Positions 38,213 to 51,575 of a stretch of DNA of 64,000 bases are shown here, piece by piece (within the stretch, counting starts at the first letter, position 1; each line of letters opens with the position of its first letter). The position numbers and the translations under genes are program-made. Source of the stretch: Leucoraja erinacea (Eukaryota); the NCBI RefSeq assembly GCF_028641065.1, contig NC_073379.1, positions 12,648,001 through 12,712,000 on the forward strand, given 5' to 3'. Under the pieces are notes generated by a model. That model was given only the letters and a program-made list of their open reading frames with translations. It had not been told where the DNA came from and did not search any database.

Positions 38213-38596
38213 CTTCCACAGTCAGCTCCGTTGGAATCACAGATTGAAATTTCCCAACATTGAGCTCCAGGCGGCACCGGTACTTATCCCTGTCCACCCG
38301 TCTCAGTGGCTCCACCATTATCGAGGCATCTCCCTCTCTGAGGTTCCCCACGAATCTGAAACGACTGCCTCCGGCCTCCTGTGTCACTTCATCGCATCGG
38401 GAGCGGCCGGGACCGGCAAATGTGCAGTTAAACGCAATGCTGGGATTCAATGATGTCCTCTTGTACCACAGCACGGAGCCGCTGAGGTTGTGATCAATGC
38501 CTGGGTGGGTGAATGTACACGGCAACACAGCGGAGGCCCCTTCCACGGCAGACACCCCATCAGCACCGGACATTGACCAATTAATTTAGGAAACAG
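38213..38596 (-). CDS. SIGLEC15-like V-set exon 1 (V1), copy A (stop in 4th codon)
   Basis: WSMSGADGVSAVEGASAVLPCTFTHP...AFNC...RC...RFRFVGN...DASI...DRDKYRCRLEL...TELTVE G|gtgag. Confidence 0.85.
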
Positions 38597-38779
38597 CTGG
38601 AGAGAGAGCGAGAGAGAGAGAGAGGAGGTACAGGTGCGCGGTTCCAAATCCACACTGTCCCCGGGTGGTTGTCACAAGCGATGTCTTCAGATTTGGGACT
38701 GAATCATCAACACGGGGGCGGGGATATAATCACCAATTCATGTGTGTGTAATCACGTCTGTTCCGCGGGTCACCACAAG

Positions 38780-38866
38780 GGGTGCCGGAGGAGGTAGATG
38801 GCAGCCCCGCCGGCAGTCTATTCGTTTTTCATCCTTTTGGGTTTTTTTTAGCGTTTGTTTAAGTTC

Positions 38867-38930
<64 letters not shown>

Positions 38931-39520
38931 AGGGGGCGGTTCCAGGAGATGTGATCAACTTTTGGATCACATTCTCCGGGCTCTGCGGCCTACCATCGCT
39001 GGAGCTGGGAGCCGCCTCGGACTGTCGTGAGCCCCACCGCGGGGCGCGGACTAACCATCGGAGCGGATCCCTTGCCTGGGATCGCTCCCACCGCAGCCTG
39101 CGGACTTACCATCAAGGGCTCGCAGTCTCGGGAGAGGCTAGTCGGGAGCTCCAACGCCGCAGACGGTTTGTCCAGCCCCGACGCGAGGTTTCATCGCCCG
39201 GCGCGGGGGAGCTGACTTCTCCCGTTGCAGGAGCTGGACGCCTCGACGCCGCCGGCTATAGGTCTCAAGACCATCCCGTCAACGGAGGGTTCGAGGCCCC
39301 CAACCAAGGAAGAACAAGAAGGAAAGGATTGGAACTTTATTTTCGCCTTCTATCACAGTGAGGAATATGTAGGAGTCACTGTGGTGGATGTTAAAATGTG
39401 TTTTTTTGAGTCTGCTGCTTTTTAAATTGTATGACTGACCTGGCCAGTGAATTTCACTACACCAATTGGTGTATGTGACAATAAACAAACTTATGAACTT
39501 ATGAAATTATGAATTTATGA
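38780..39520 (+). mobile_element. non-autonomous LINE-tailed repeat containing (GT)n (38871-38928); paralog at ~61300-62080
   Basis: GC-rich body ending gtatgtgacaataaa followed by (gaacttat)n-like tail; no coding motifs. Confidence 0.5.
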
Positions 39521-41877
39521 GTTGTTTTTTTATAATGTTGCCGATTTATTTACATTCTGGGGAGGAGAAATGTTTGGACATTTTTCAGGAACGGGAACGG
39601 AAATGGATTCTTCGGATTCTATCACTGTCACATAATAGATTCATAGTGGAGACGGCCATTCGTTCCATCGGTTATATGCTAACACAATGTAACATCAATC
39701 TAGCCAGTCGAACCTCCAGTCAGCCCTGCAACTTCCTTACTTACACATACCGTCGGTTAAATTTGCCCGTCTCCGCCCCCCCTCCCCTCTCCCACCGCCG
39801 GCGCCGCGTCCCAGTGGAACCGCTCCCTGCGAGGACTCATGTCCCTCAGCAACACACTTGATTCCTTGGCCAATCACCTCCATGCTGTATAGTCATCTCT
39901 TCTCTGTCCACTAATGGGAACAACCTCCCTGTGCGCAATGTTAAATCCCTCCATTAAATCTTCTCTCGACCTCAGTGTTAGGAACTGGAAACCAGTCGGC
40001 CCCTCCAGCTCGCACCTCCGGAAAATAACATCGCGGCTGCTCTACTGTTAACCCTCTCTCCATATCCCCGCCTGCTCTCCGGCAACCTTGCCCCCTCTTG
40101 CTTATTGGGATTCTCGCTCTGTTTTATGAATGGCGGTCTCCATACGCATTTCCTCCATCTTAGCCGTTACCAGATAACCTACACCAAGGGCTCGGTGGGT
40201 ACGAGGGCCCCTCACCACCACCTTCTGAAGGACGCTTAGTTATGGATAATATCACCTGAATCCCCACCCGCCCCATCTCATCTATTGACACCTCAGCCAA
40301 AGTACAAACGGCAGGAGCGCGGACAGAGTGCGAACCGGTACATTGGGAGATATGACGAGACAATGAGGAGATAACAAGGTCAACAAAAACACCTACTGTA
40401 ACCGTGGACTGAGACGGAGAGCAGGACGGTGCAGAGACAGACCCGGAGAGAGCACATCGCCAACACTTCAGTGTGGTGTCCACTTCACCCACAGTTGTGA
40501 GATTCTTGACACTGAAATGCGGAACTTGCTCCAAGTATTTCTACATTTCCGGCAAAGATTTGAGGAACTGCTATACGTACTGATAATTAGTCATTTCATA
40601 CGGAGCAGGGTTAGGGTCCTGAGCAAAAATCAAAGTCATGGAGGAACTAAGCGGGGTAAGCAGTATCCGTGAATGGACATTAACAGACGGCGTCAGAATA
40701 AAGAGGCCAAGACCCGGCACGTCGTCTTCCCATTCTCCTCCACAGGCGTTGCCTGAACCGCTGATCTTTTTCCAGCAATTTGGTTTTCGCACAAGATTCC
40801 GGATCTGCATGTTCGTGTCCCCAGCATTATCGCCATGGAGCGGTGTAGTGCAGGAACAGGCCTTCTAACCCGACATGCGTACAATGTGCCAACAAGTATC
40901 CATCGCCATAATCCTAGTGACCCTCGAGGAATGCAAAGAACGTCAGAGAGTCTTTACATGTAATAGCACAGGCAGACAAAATTAATGATCATCTAGATCA
41001 ACTGCGAAAATGTGCTAAGGAATAGAAGGCCAGTCATTTAAAAAAAGTAATGACGCACACTGTGAACGACGGGGCCCTGGCGAGTGCTGGAAAACAAAGA
41101 GCCCAATAGCACACAAGGTAACATTTTCCAGAAATTGGCGACACGGGTAGTCAGCGTGGCGAGGAAGGTGTGTGGCAGGTTTAGGCAGGATTAATGTGGC
41201 CCATCCACATTAATCCCACCTTAATCCAATTCAACCCATCAAAGGCTGTATCTCATTCCAGGGTAGCTGTCATCTCGCTTTGTTTCCAATGATATTGCGC
41301 CTGTGAAATCTACTTCTGGGTTTTCCAGTTTGTGTGAGGAAGTGAATGTAAAGAATGAATCACCCGTTGTCACCCTGCAATCGGAGCGACAGCAGGACCC
41401 AGCAACGACAACCCCACAGACACTTGTTCACCAACACCTCAGTGCTATAACCACCTCTCTCACGGCTGTTTAATTCTAGACCCATTTGCTTTCTTCATTT
41501 GCTGCAGAATGTTCAGGAGTTGCTAAACTACAAAACTAGGCTCCCTGCATCACTCCCAACCATCTCTTCTCTGTCCACCAATGGGAACATCCTCTCTGTA
41601 GGCGATGTTAAATCCCTCCATTAGATCTTCTCCCGACTGGAAACCAGTCGGCCCCTCCAGGTTGTACCTCCGGTCAATAACATCGCGGCTGATCTGCTGT
41701 CAAACCTCTCTCCATATCCCCGCCTGCTCTCTGTCAACTTTTGCCCTCTTGCTTATCGTGTCTCACTCTGTTTTATGAATGGCGGTCTCCATACGCATTT
41801 TCCTCCAACTTAGCCGTGACCAGATAACCTTCACGAACGGCTCGGTGGGTCAAGGGGGCGCCTTCCCACCACCTTCT

Positions 41878-44800
41878 TTTTTTTTTCTTTTTTTGTTTGA
41901 AAATATTTTTTATTGGAGATTGGTACATAACCAATTACATCATTACTGTCTTACATTTTTAAATTGATAATATTGTCAGTTATTATTACATTGTCTCCAA
42001 TACTTTTTGCCTTTTTCTTCATTTTTTAAAAACTAGATAGAACTAAAGAGATAGATGAAGTAGAGGAAGAGAAGAAAGGAAAGAAAAACAAAAACAAGAA
42101 AAACACAAAAAAAAAGGGGGAAAGAGATAGTTAAAGAAGAATGGAAAAATTTATTAAAATTAAAAACATCGTTCGAGATATGTTCGTACATTTCAGAGTG
42201 TAGTATTTCATCCAATCTTTAGTTTGAATAAGAGGTCTTTATTCTCTGGAGCGCAGAAGGTTAAGGGGGGACCTGATAGAGGTCTTTAAAATGATGAGAG
42301 GGATAGACAGAGTTGATGTGGACAAGCTTTTCCCTTTGAGAATAGGGAAGATTCAAACAAGGGGACATGACTTCAGAATTAAGGGACAGAAGTTTAGGGG
42401 TAATATGAGGGGGAACTTCTTTACGCAGAGAGTGGTGGCGGTGTGGAATGAGCTCCCAGTGGAAGTGGTGGAGGCAGGTTCATTGGTATCATTTAAAAAT
42501 AAATTGGATAGGCATATGGATGAGAAGGGAATGGAGGGTTATGGTACGAGTGCAGGCAGGTGGGACTAAGGGGAAAAAACATTTGTTCGGCATGGACTTG
42601 TAGGGCCGAGATGGCCTGTTTCCGTGCTGTAATTGTTATATGGTTATAGTCCGAGTGCTAGTCAGGTTCCTGTGCTGAACTATTCTGACCCTTTAAGTAA
42701 TCAATAAAAGGAGACCATGTTCCAACGAATAACAGGGAAAATCCAACAGGGAAAATCTGATTCTTTCCACGTTTAAGGTCTCCGTCATTTCTATAATCCA
42801 CGTTTTGATTGTGGGGGCCGTAGGGCCTTTCCAAAATTTTAGAATTAATTTTTTTCCTGTTATTAAACTATAATCAATAAAGTTTCTTTGTGTTATTCTA
42901 AATGTTTGATTTAATTCTAATATTCCGAGTATTATTAATTTTGGATCTGGTTCCAATTGTGTGTTGGTTACTTTAGATATTATACTAAAAATATTTACCC
43001 AGAATTTTTTAATTTTTGTACAGTTTGCAAACATATGCGATAATGTAGCTTCTAAATGTTGACATTTATCACATATAGGTGAAATATGTTGAAAAATTTT
43101 ATGTAGTTTTGTTTTTGAATAATGTAACCTATGTATTACTTTAAATTGTATTAGAGAATGTCTGGCGTTTAATGAACACTGATGTATGTGTTGTCAACTT
43201 TCTTCCCAAGTGTCTTTCGTTATTACTTGATTTAATTCTTTTTCCCATGTTTGTCTATGTAAGTCCGTCGAAGGAATGTCACTGTCTAATAAGATATTAT
43301 ATATATAAGATATTAATTTTTCTGTATTAGGATGTTTGTTCCAACATTCATCAAGAATTTCTGAGTTTCTAATTCGAAAATTGTGAGAGTTCGATTTTAC
43401 ATAATCTCTAAGTTGAAGATATCTGAAATAATCATTTCCTCGAAGTCCATAAGTCTGTTGCAACTCCTGAAATGTCAGAAAGGTGCCTTCCTTGTAAAGT
43501 TGTCCCATATTTTTAATTCCATAATTCTTCCATTGTGTAAAACCCCCGTCTAACCATGAAGGCTTAAGCAAAGGATTATTCACAATTGGAAGAAAAAGTG
43601 ATAAGCTATCTAATTTTAATGTCTTTTTTAATTGTTTCCAAATTCGTATAGCACTAAATATTATAGGGTTTTCCCTATAAATTTTTTTGTTTAATTTAGA
43701 CGTAGCAAATAATATCGAACCAATATCAAAAGGTAGACAATCTTCCTTTTCCATTTTTAACCAGTCTGGTTGCTGATCTATTTCTTCCAACCAGAAATTC
43801 ATATTTTTAATATTAACTGCCCAGAAATAAAACAAAAAGTTAGGTAAAACCAAGCCTCCATTACTTTTTGATTTACACAGGTGTCTTTTGTTTATCCTAT
43901 GATTCTTATAATCCCAGATAAAATCATTAACAATAGAGTCCAATTTTTTTTAAAAAAGTTTTTTGCCAGGTATATCGGAATCGTCTGAAAAAGGTATAAT
44001 ATTTGCGGTAAAAAAATCATTTTTATGGCATTAATTTTGCCAACCATTGAAATAGGTAGTGTTTTCCAGTATTGGATATTCTTATGTAGTTTATTCAGTA
44101 ATGGGGGGAAATTTGCTTTAAATAATGATGTATATATCTTAGTTACATAAATACCTAGATATTTAAATTTTTCATTTACTATTTTAAATGGAAATTGTTG
44201 TATTATCTGTTTGTTATGTTCCTTTATTGGCATAATTTCACTTTTATTCCAATTTATTCTGTATCCTGAAAGTGCACCGAATTGGTTTATTAGCTTTAAT
44301 AAGTTTGGGATACTAATTTCTGGTTTTGTAATGTAAATTAATACGTCATCTGCGTATAGAGAAATTTTATTCGCCGTGTCCTTAGTGTTATACCCGTTTA
44401 TTTCCGGATGCCCCCTAACTCTTTCTGCCAGTGGCTCAATAGCAAGTGCAAATAATAATGGAGATAACGGGCATCATTGTCTACAACCTCTAGATAGACT
44501 AAATTTAGATGACAACCTTTGGTTAGTAAATATTCTAGCCGTGGGATTTGTATATAACAGTTTTATCCATGTACAAAATTTCTCCCCTAGCTGCATCTTT
44601 TCCATCACCGAAAATAAATAAGGCCATTCGACCTGATCAAATGCTTTTTCAGCGTCAAGTGAGATTATTGCTAGATCTTCATTAATAATTCTCTTGGAAT
44701 ATATAATATTAAATAATCTTCTTAGATTATAATATGAGTACCGTTTCTGAATAAAGCCTGTTTGGTCAGGGTGTATTAATTTATTCATCACTGTACTTAA

Positions 44801-45419
44801 TCTATGCGCTAGTATTTTAGTTAATATTTTCTGGTCTGTATTCAGAAGTGCAATTGCTCTGTATGATCCCGGGTCTTCCGGATCTTTATCAGCTTTAGGA
44901 ATAAGTGTTATTATAGATTCATTTAATGTGTCTGGAAGTTTCTGTTCAGTATAGATATACTCATACAGTTTTTGTAAACGTGGGCAAAGCAAATCATAAT
45001 TTTTTTGTAAAATTCGGAACCTAGACCATCTGGTCCTACTGCTTTACCATTTTTAGAGAGCTAATAGACTCCTCAATATCCTTTATCGTAATCTCCCTTT
45101 CTAATAGTTCTCTATCGTTTGAATCTAAACCTTTTAGAATACATTTTATTAAAAAATCTGCTATTCCTTCTGATTGTGCTACGGTTTTAGTTGAATAAAG
45201 GTTATGATAGTATTGGAGAAATCTATCATTTATATCCCTGGGCATTTTTAATAATTCTCCTGTCTCTGTTCTAATTTTATGAATTATTTTTTCCCCTTCC
45301 ATTTTTCGTAACTGGCGTGCTAATAGTTTTTGTGGTTTGTCTCCAAATTCAAAATGTAATTGTTTGGTTTTTTGATAAAGTTTTATTACTTGTTCTGAAT
45401 ACATTTTATTTAATTTATA
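41878..45419 (-). mobile_element. 5'-truncated L1-type LINE with 15-bp TSD; same family as 10703-12276
   Basis: ORFs 44474-44992 (YRAIALLNTD, SLDAEKAFD), YADD at ~44345-44357, 43194-43943; poly(T) at left end; TSD ttcccaccaccttct at 41863-41877 and 45420-45434. Confidence 0.92.
42222..42648 (+). mobile_element. CR1 3' fragment nested in the L1 3' UTR
   Basis: RGIDRVDVDKLFP...TRGH...FFTQRVVAVWNELP; gttatatggttata tail. Confidence 0.85.
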
Positions 45420-46627
45420 TTCCCACCACCTTCTGAAGGACACTTAGGTATGGACAATATCACTACATTCCCCACCCGCCCCAACCTCATCCATTGACAT
45501 CAATTGATATTTTTCCTCTGAAATTCCCCACCCGCCCCAACCATCATCCATTGACATTTCAATTGATCTATTTTTCCTGCTGTCATTGGGCAGCACTTTC
45601 AATATTATAAGTGGGGCTTTATGTTACAGCCCTTCAAGGGTTGGACGAACCAAAGGTTTGCGGAGAGTGTGGTCTCTACGGCAAGCGGAAATGGATGGGG
45701 ATGGGAGAACGTTGAAGTTTGGCGAGTAAGGCTTTCAACAAAGTACGGGGATGATTAGAACGTGTATTAAGGAGTCAGATTTCCTTACATAGATCCGGCA
45801 AACAGGTTTGACTGAACTTAATCCCCCCTCAAGAAGAATCCCCATGGACGCACAAGTAGAAGTCCAGCATAAAGGAAGACGGCGGGCGTTGAAGATTGGA
45901 CTTTGCACAATTTCAATCTTCCAGATGTGTAGATGTGGTCAAAAGTGCAACTCAAGCTGTGCACGATGTTGCATGCAACACTACTGTTTGCATGAACAGA
46001 TGCTATGCGGAGGATGCGTGTAGTATGGAACGAACCTCTTTGGTGGTAGAGTGCGTTCTGCTTTTTTATTTCCCTGTGTTGCCCGGTAACCCCATCCACC
46101 TGTGACCCCTCTGCTCCATGTTCCATTGGGACAACGGGAAATGTTATTGTACAACATTTGATGGAGGCAGCCATTTTTGGTTGAAGTCCTGTTTCATCAC
46201 CAGCCACCAGCCAACCATTCACACTGAGCCCACATTGATCCCATTCAGTCCAATACAGGCTGTATCTCATTCCCGGGTACCCGTCATCTCTGTTTGTTTC
46301 TATTCACCCCGAGGCTGTGAACATTGTTTCTGGACTTTGCAGTTTCTGTGAGGAAGTGAATCTAAAGAATGAATCAAACGCTGTCAAGCTGCAGTGAGAG
46401 CGACAGCACAACTCTGCAAAGACAACCCCACAGTCACTTCCTCACCAACAGCTAAATCGGTGGTGATCTCACGCAATGTTCTTTTCTTGGCAGAACAGAG
46501 AGCTATTTAGGAATGAAAGATGCAGCAGCAAACTTTGCCTCCAGTGGAATCCTACCTTGGCAGCAGGGAAGCCACACAGGGGAATAAGTGGATGCTATTC
46601 CTAGTGGCCGACATTGATGTGCGTGTT

Positions 46628-47360
46628 TTGTTTAGTTTAGTTTAGTTTAGTTTAGTTTAGTTGTTTGTCACGTGTACCGAGGAACAGTGAAAAAACATTT
46701 GTTGCATGCTAACCAGTCAGCAGAAACACAATAAATGATTACAATAGAACCATTTACAGAGTATAGATTCGTGATATGGAACGTCGTTTAGTGCAATGTA
46801 AAGCCAGCAAATTCCGGCCAAGGAGACACCTAGGTTCATCAAAAAAGGTAAATAGTAGTTCAGTCCTGCTCTCTGGTTGTGGTAGGATGATTCAGTTGCC
46901 TGATAACAGCTGGGAAGAAACTGCCCCTGAATCTGGCGGTGTGCGTTTTCACACTTCTCTAACTGTTGCCTGATGGGAGAGGGGAGAAAAAGGTGGGCAG
47001 GGTGCGACTCGTCCTTGATTATGCTGCTGGCCTTGCCCAGGCAGCGTGAGGTATAAATTGAGTCTATAGAAGGGAAGATGGGTTGTTTGATGGTCTGGGC
47101 TGAGTCTACAATTCCCTGCAATTTCTGGCAGTCTTGGATGGAGCTGTTCCCAAACCAAGCTGCGACGGCACATGATAAAACGCTTCCCAAAGCGCGTCTG
47201 TTGAAGTTAGTGAGAGTTGTCGGGGACTTGCCGAACTTCCTAAGCCTTCTAAGGAAGTAGAGGCGCTGGTGTGCGTTCTTGGTCATTGCTTCAATATGGG
47301 TGGTCCAGGAGAAGTTGCTGGGGATATTGACTCATGGGAATTTGAAGTTTTCAACCACTG
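46628..47360 (-). mobile_element. Rex/Babar/L2-type LINE 3' fragment with (ctaaa)n tail
   Basis: ORF 46717-47286 AHQRLYFLRRLRKFG...AWFGNSS; (tttag)n at 46628-46661. Confidence 0.8.
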
Positions 47361-50300
47361 CAATTCCCTGACACGTTGACTCCAGAAGCGTGTCAAACCT
47401 GTGGATTAACTAAAGCTCGCAGTATTTATACCAAGACAGATGATCTTACAACTATAGGGCAGAGGGTTGTGAGACTGGAGAGATGTAAGAGGGAATCGAT
47501 GAATAATATTTTCAGACATTCGTCTGCATATGGGATGAAGCTATGGAAGCAGATGCGATTATGACTTCCAAACGGCATTTCGACATATATGTATACGATC
47601 ATAAGATTATAAGACACAGCAACGGAGTTAGTTCATTCGCCTATCGAGTACACTCCTCTTTTCCCGAATCGTCAGCTATCCACGTCTTCCAGCGGCGCCT
47701 GCCTGATGCGCTGAGTAGCTCCGGAACTTTGTGTCTTTTTGCGGAGTGATTATTTAGTTTTCTCTGACGTTCAGTGTCCCATTATAGACACCCTGGAACC
47801 GGTTCCCTCGCTCTCGCACCGAGGCTCTGTATTCTCATGGTACCTCCTTGGGCGAACACAACGGACTCAGAAAGGGAAGGTTGAGAGTGATGGGTAGAAA
47901 TGATTTAGAGCGACATGGGTCAAACGCATGCAAATGGGTGTATCTTAGACGGGGAATCCTGAGTAGCATCAAAGGGTGGGTCCGAATGGCCTCTTTGCAA
48001 GTTCTATTACTCGAGCAACAGGCACCAACTTGGTAAACTGAGCTCCTGTTCCCGCCCTCCCTTTAAACTCACCGGACCCCAGGTCCCTCGCTCCCTTTAA
48101 ACCCACTGGGGGACACATTAAAGTGCCCCCCTGAAACTGACTGGGTAAACTGGAGAAATTAGTAAACGGCTGTGTGACATTAACAAATTAAAAACGAGTC
48201 GGAGAATTAATATGATTGACAACCAAAGTTCGATAAAGTCAGTCACACCGCAAAAGCAGGTGGGATCGGCGGACGTCATTGTGAGAATATGTCCACATTT
48301 ATCTAGCTTGTAAGATCGGGACAAAAGACCTAGTTTGTGGGAGGATCGTTCAGTAATCGGAAAACAGCGGGACACTAGGAAACGGGAAGTTTAGAAGGAT
48401 GAGGGGTCTCTTCATTAAAACTGACCGAATAGTGAAAGACCTGAATAGAGTGGATGCGGAGAGGATGTTTCCACTAGTGGGAGAGTCTAGGACCAGAATA
48501 AGAGCACGTACCTCTAGAAATTATGGAATTCCTTGCCAGGGAAGGCTGGTGATCGCCGTCAATTTATATATTTAAGGCGGAGATGGATATATTCTAATGA
48601 GTACGGGTGTCATGGGTTATGATGAGAAGGCAGTAGAATTGGGTTTAGAGGTTTGTGCTGCACACGATGCCAAGACCTACTCTAACCTGCCAGCTCTTAA
48701 TTCATATCCCTCCATTCCCTGCCTTTTTGGCTGTAGCTTCAGGGTGGTTGGTCGAGGACACATTATTGGCGATATTTGCCCTAAGGACAGTTCCTTAGGG
48801 CAAATTATCAGGGAACCGGGAGCCTTCATCTACTTCCAGCGGCTCACGCAGCGTCTGTGGACGACGTGGATCGCTGACATTTCGCATCGGAAACATTCCG
48901 CTCCTTTGTCTTGTTGATATTGAAAGAGGGGTGTGGGCGCGGGGGAGGGGTGTGGGCGTGAGGGTTGTTTTACTACGCTCTCTATCTACATCCGGTACAC
49001 CATCTCATCATTGTTTGACATCGACCCACTACAATGGTGTCATCTCCAAACTGGTAGATGATCCAGAGCAGAGTTTGTCCGCACAACCGCGACTATGGGG
49101 AGAATAGTAGGGGAATGCCAATACATCCTTGCGGGGCACCTGTGTTGAGAATTATTGTGGAGGATGTTTTGTCGCATATCTTCGCTGCTTGTGGTCCATG
49201 GGTCAGGAAGTGGAAGATCCAATGACAGAGGGGGAAATGTCACTGGACCCCATCTTCAGAAGTTTGAAGAAGAGTTTGTGGCGGCACAGTGGAGCAACAG
49301 TGGAGTTGCTGCCTTACAGCGCCATGTTCCATCCTGACTATGCGTGCTGTCAGTACGGAGTTTGTATGTTCTCCCTGTGACCGCGTGGGTTTCCTCCGAT
49401 GTGCAGGATAGTGTTAATACCGGGTTCACTGGTCGGCGGGGACGCCGTGGACCTGTTTCCACGCTATATCTCTAAAATATAAGGTCTGTTTGGGGCTGAC
49501 ACACGGGTGACTGGATTTACACGGGATTAGTGATCTGAGTTTGATAGGAATTTGCTTTGTTCGTTTACGGGTCAAAGTTTGTTAACACACCAAGACCCAC
49601 ATTTTCGTAATACCTCTGACAAACAGAGGCCCCGGGATTGTGTGATCCTTTATTTTAACCCGGGTACGGGTCCCACACTCCATTTAAACACTAGGGTTCC
49701 GTATTCCCATAGTACCTGCTCAGCCTGGGAAACACAAACGACTAATATATGAAAGGGTGAGTGATTGATGGGTCAATGGGTAGAAAATATTTAGAAGGAT
49801 AATGGGTCAAACGCAGGCAAATGGGTCCAAATTAGGTGGGGCATCTTGGGCAACATCAACGAGTGGGGCCGAAAGGCCTGTTTGCATGTTCTATGATTGT
49901 AAAAGCAGGCACCAACTTGTCAACCTGAGCTCCTGTCTGTGCTGTTCTGCCCGTGACCGGGAGGATTTTCTCCGGGAGACCCGGCTTCTACCCACATTCC
50001 AAGACCGTGCGGGTGTGTAGATCAATTGGCCTTTGTCTATTTCACCTAGTGTATAGCGAGTGGATGAGTAAATAGGATAACATAGGGCACGTGTGAACGG
50101 GAGATCGATGGTGGACGTGGATTCTGTGAACCGAAGGAGTTTCCATGCTGTATCTGTAAACTAAGATCAAGCGCTACGGTGATTGGCTGGAGAATGGCGG
50201 GGAATGGACTGAGATTTGTGCAAGATAACAGGTAACAAAGAAACAGAACTGGAGATGAGTCAAATGCTCGATGTGGCCATGGACCCAATGGGCCGAATGG

Positions 50301-51575
50301 TCCTTTGGAAATGTTACAAGCAATTCAGAACGTCATTGTATTAATACAAAAATAAAGCAAGCCGAATAATTATTGTATATCTGAATTTAATAACCATTAT
50401 ACACGTTGTTCCATGTTGCCCTCTCATTCAAATATATTGAGAGATTTATACATATACGAAATTAAGCACACTGAATTCAAAATTAAAGTTATGTTCTCTA
50501 TGTATTGCATAAGTGAATTTAATTAGCATTTTCGATTTATCGCCCTTCCATTAAAATTTACTTCGAAGGTTGTAAATATTTTAAATTAAGCAAACTGCAT
50601 TAATAATAAGGTTGTGTTCCCTGCGTGCTCAATGCATCATTTGAGATTTATAAGCACAGCACTACAAAGCAAAGGACTCGAAATAAGTTAGTCAGGATCC
50701 AGGGGTTGCCACAGCACGGAGGTTTGGACATTCTTCTGGAGTCAATGGGTCAGAGAATTGTACAGTGAAGAAATTGGGCCTTCGGACACACATGTCGATA
50801 TGACCATCTTTGTCTATGCACATGCATCCCGTTGGCCTCAATTAGATCCATATCCTTCCAACTTGTAATAAGAGGGAACTGCTGATGCCGGTGTTTACCA
50901 AAGATAGACACGATGTGCTTGCGTAACTCAGTGGATCAGGCAACAACTCTGTAGGACGTGGATAGGTGACGCTTCGTGCCCGGTCCCCTTCTAACCAACT
51001 GGGAATTTGCAGCACTTTGTCTATCATTCCAACTATTTCCGAATTAAGAGCCTGTTCATGCGTCTAAACGTCTATCGAACATGTTGGTGTATCTCATTTC
51101 CACCACTTTGTTTACTAGCATATTCCAGATATCAAACCCTCTCGGTGTACAGAACCTTTCCTTTGAACTAGAAGTACTGCATTTTATTATATTACACAAA
51201 TATTAAAAGCGAGTCGGATAATTAATATGATTGACAACCAAAGGTCGACAAAATCAGCCAGACCGCAAAAGCAGGTGGGATCGGCGGACTTCATTGCGAG
51301 GCAGGTTATATTGCAGTCGGAACACTGGTCTGCTCAGCTTCCACGGATGGATCAGTCTTCCACGCTTGCTGCGGACACAACAAGACCAATTAACACAAGC
51401 CTCAGTAATTATACCACAAGACCATTCCTGGCATCTCCATTCACAGCCGTCATTTACATTTGTGAAGTGATTCGGACGGAGATTTGAACGGAATTCTCCA
51501 GAGGGTCAACGTTATTGTCAATGTCAGCGTTTGACAACAACATTTGAGGTGGACATCAATATGCGAAACAGGTGA

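Larger units (their letters stand above)
31966..40457 (-). pseudogene. SIGLEC15-like V-V-TM(Lys) receptor, copy A, with nonsense codon in V1
   Basis: Exons 40397-40457 (MCSLRVCLCTVLLSVSVHGY), 38213-38596 (V1; TAA at 38586-88 where copy B has TAC), 34070-34495 (V2), 32654-32753 (TM), probable tail exon 31966-32056; all GT-AG and in phase. Confidence 0.75.
27610..41428 (+). repeat. segmental duplication copy A
   Basis: Colinear high-identity match to 48300-64000, including exons, introns and shared TEs; paired ORFs such as 29250/49802, 32596/52176, 34038/53954, 38127/60610, 40160/62855. Confidence 0.95.
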
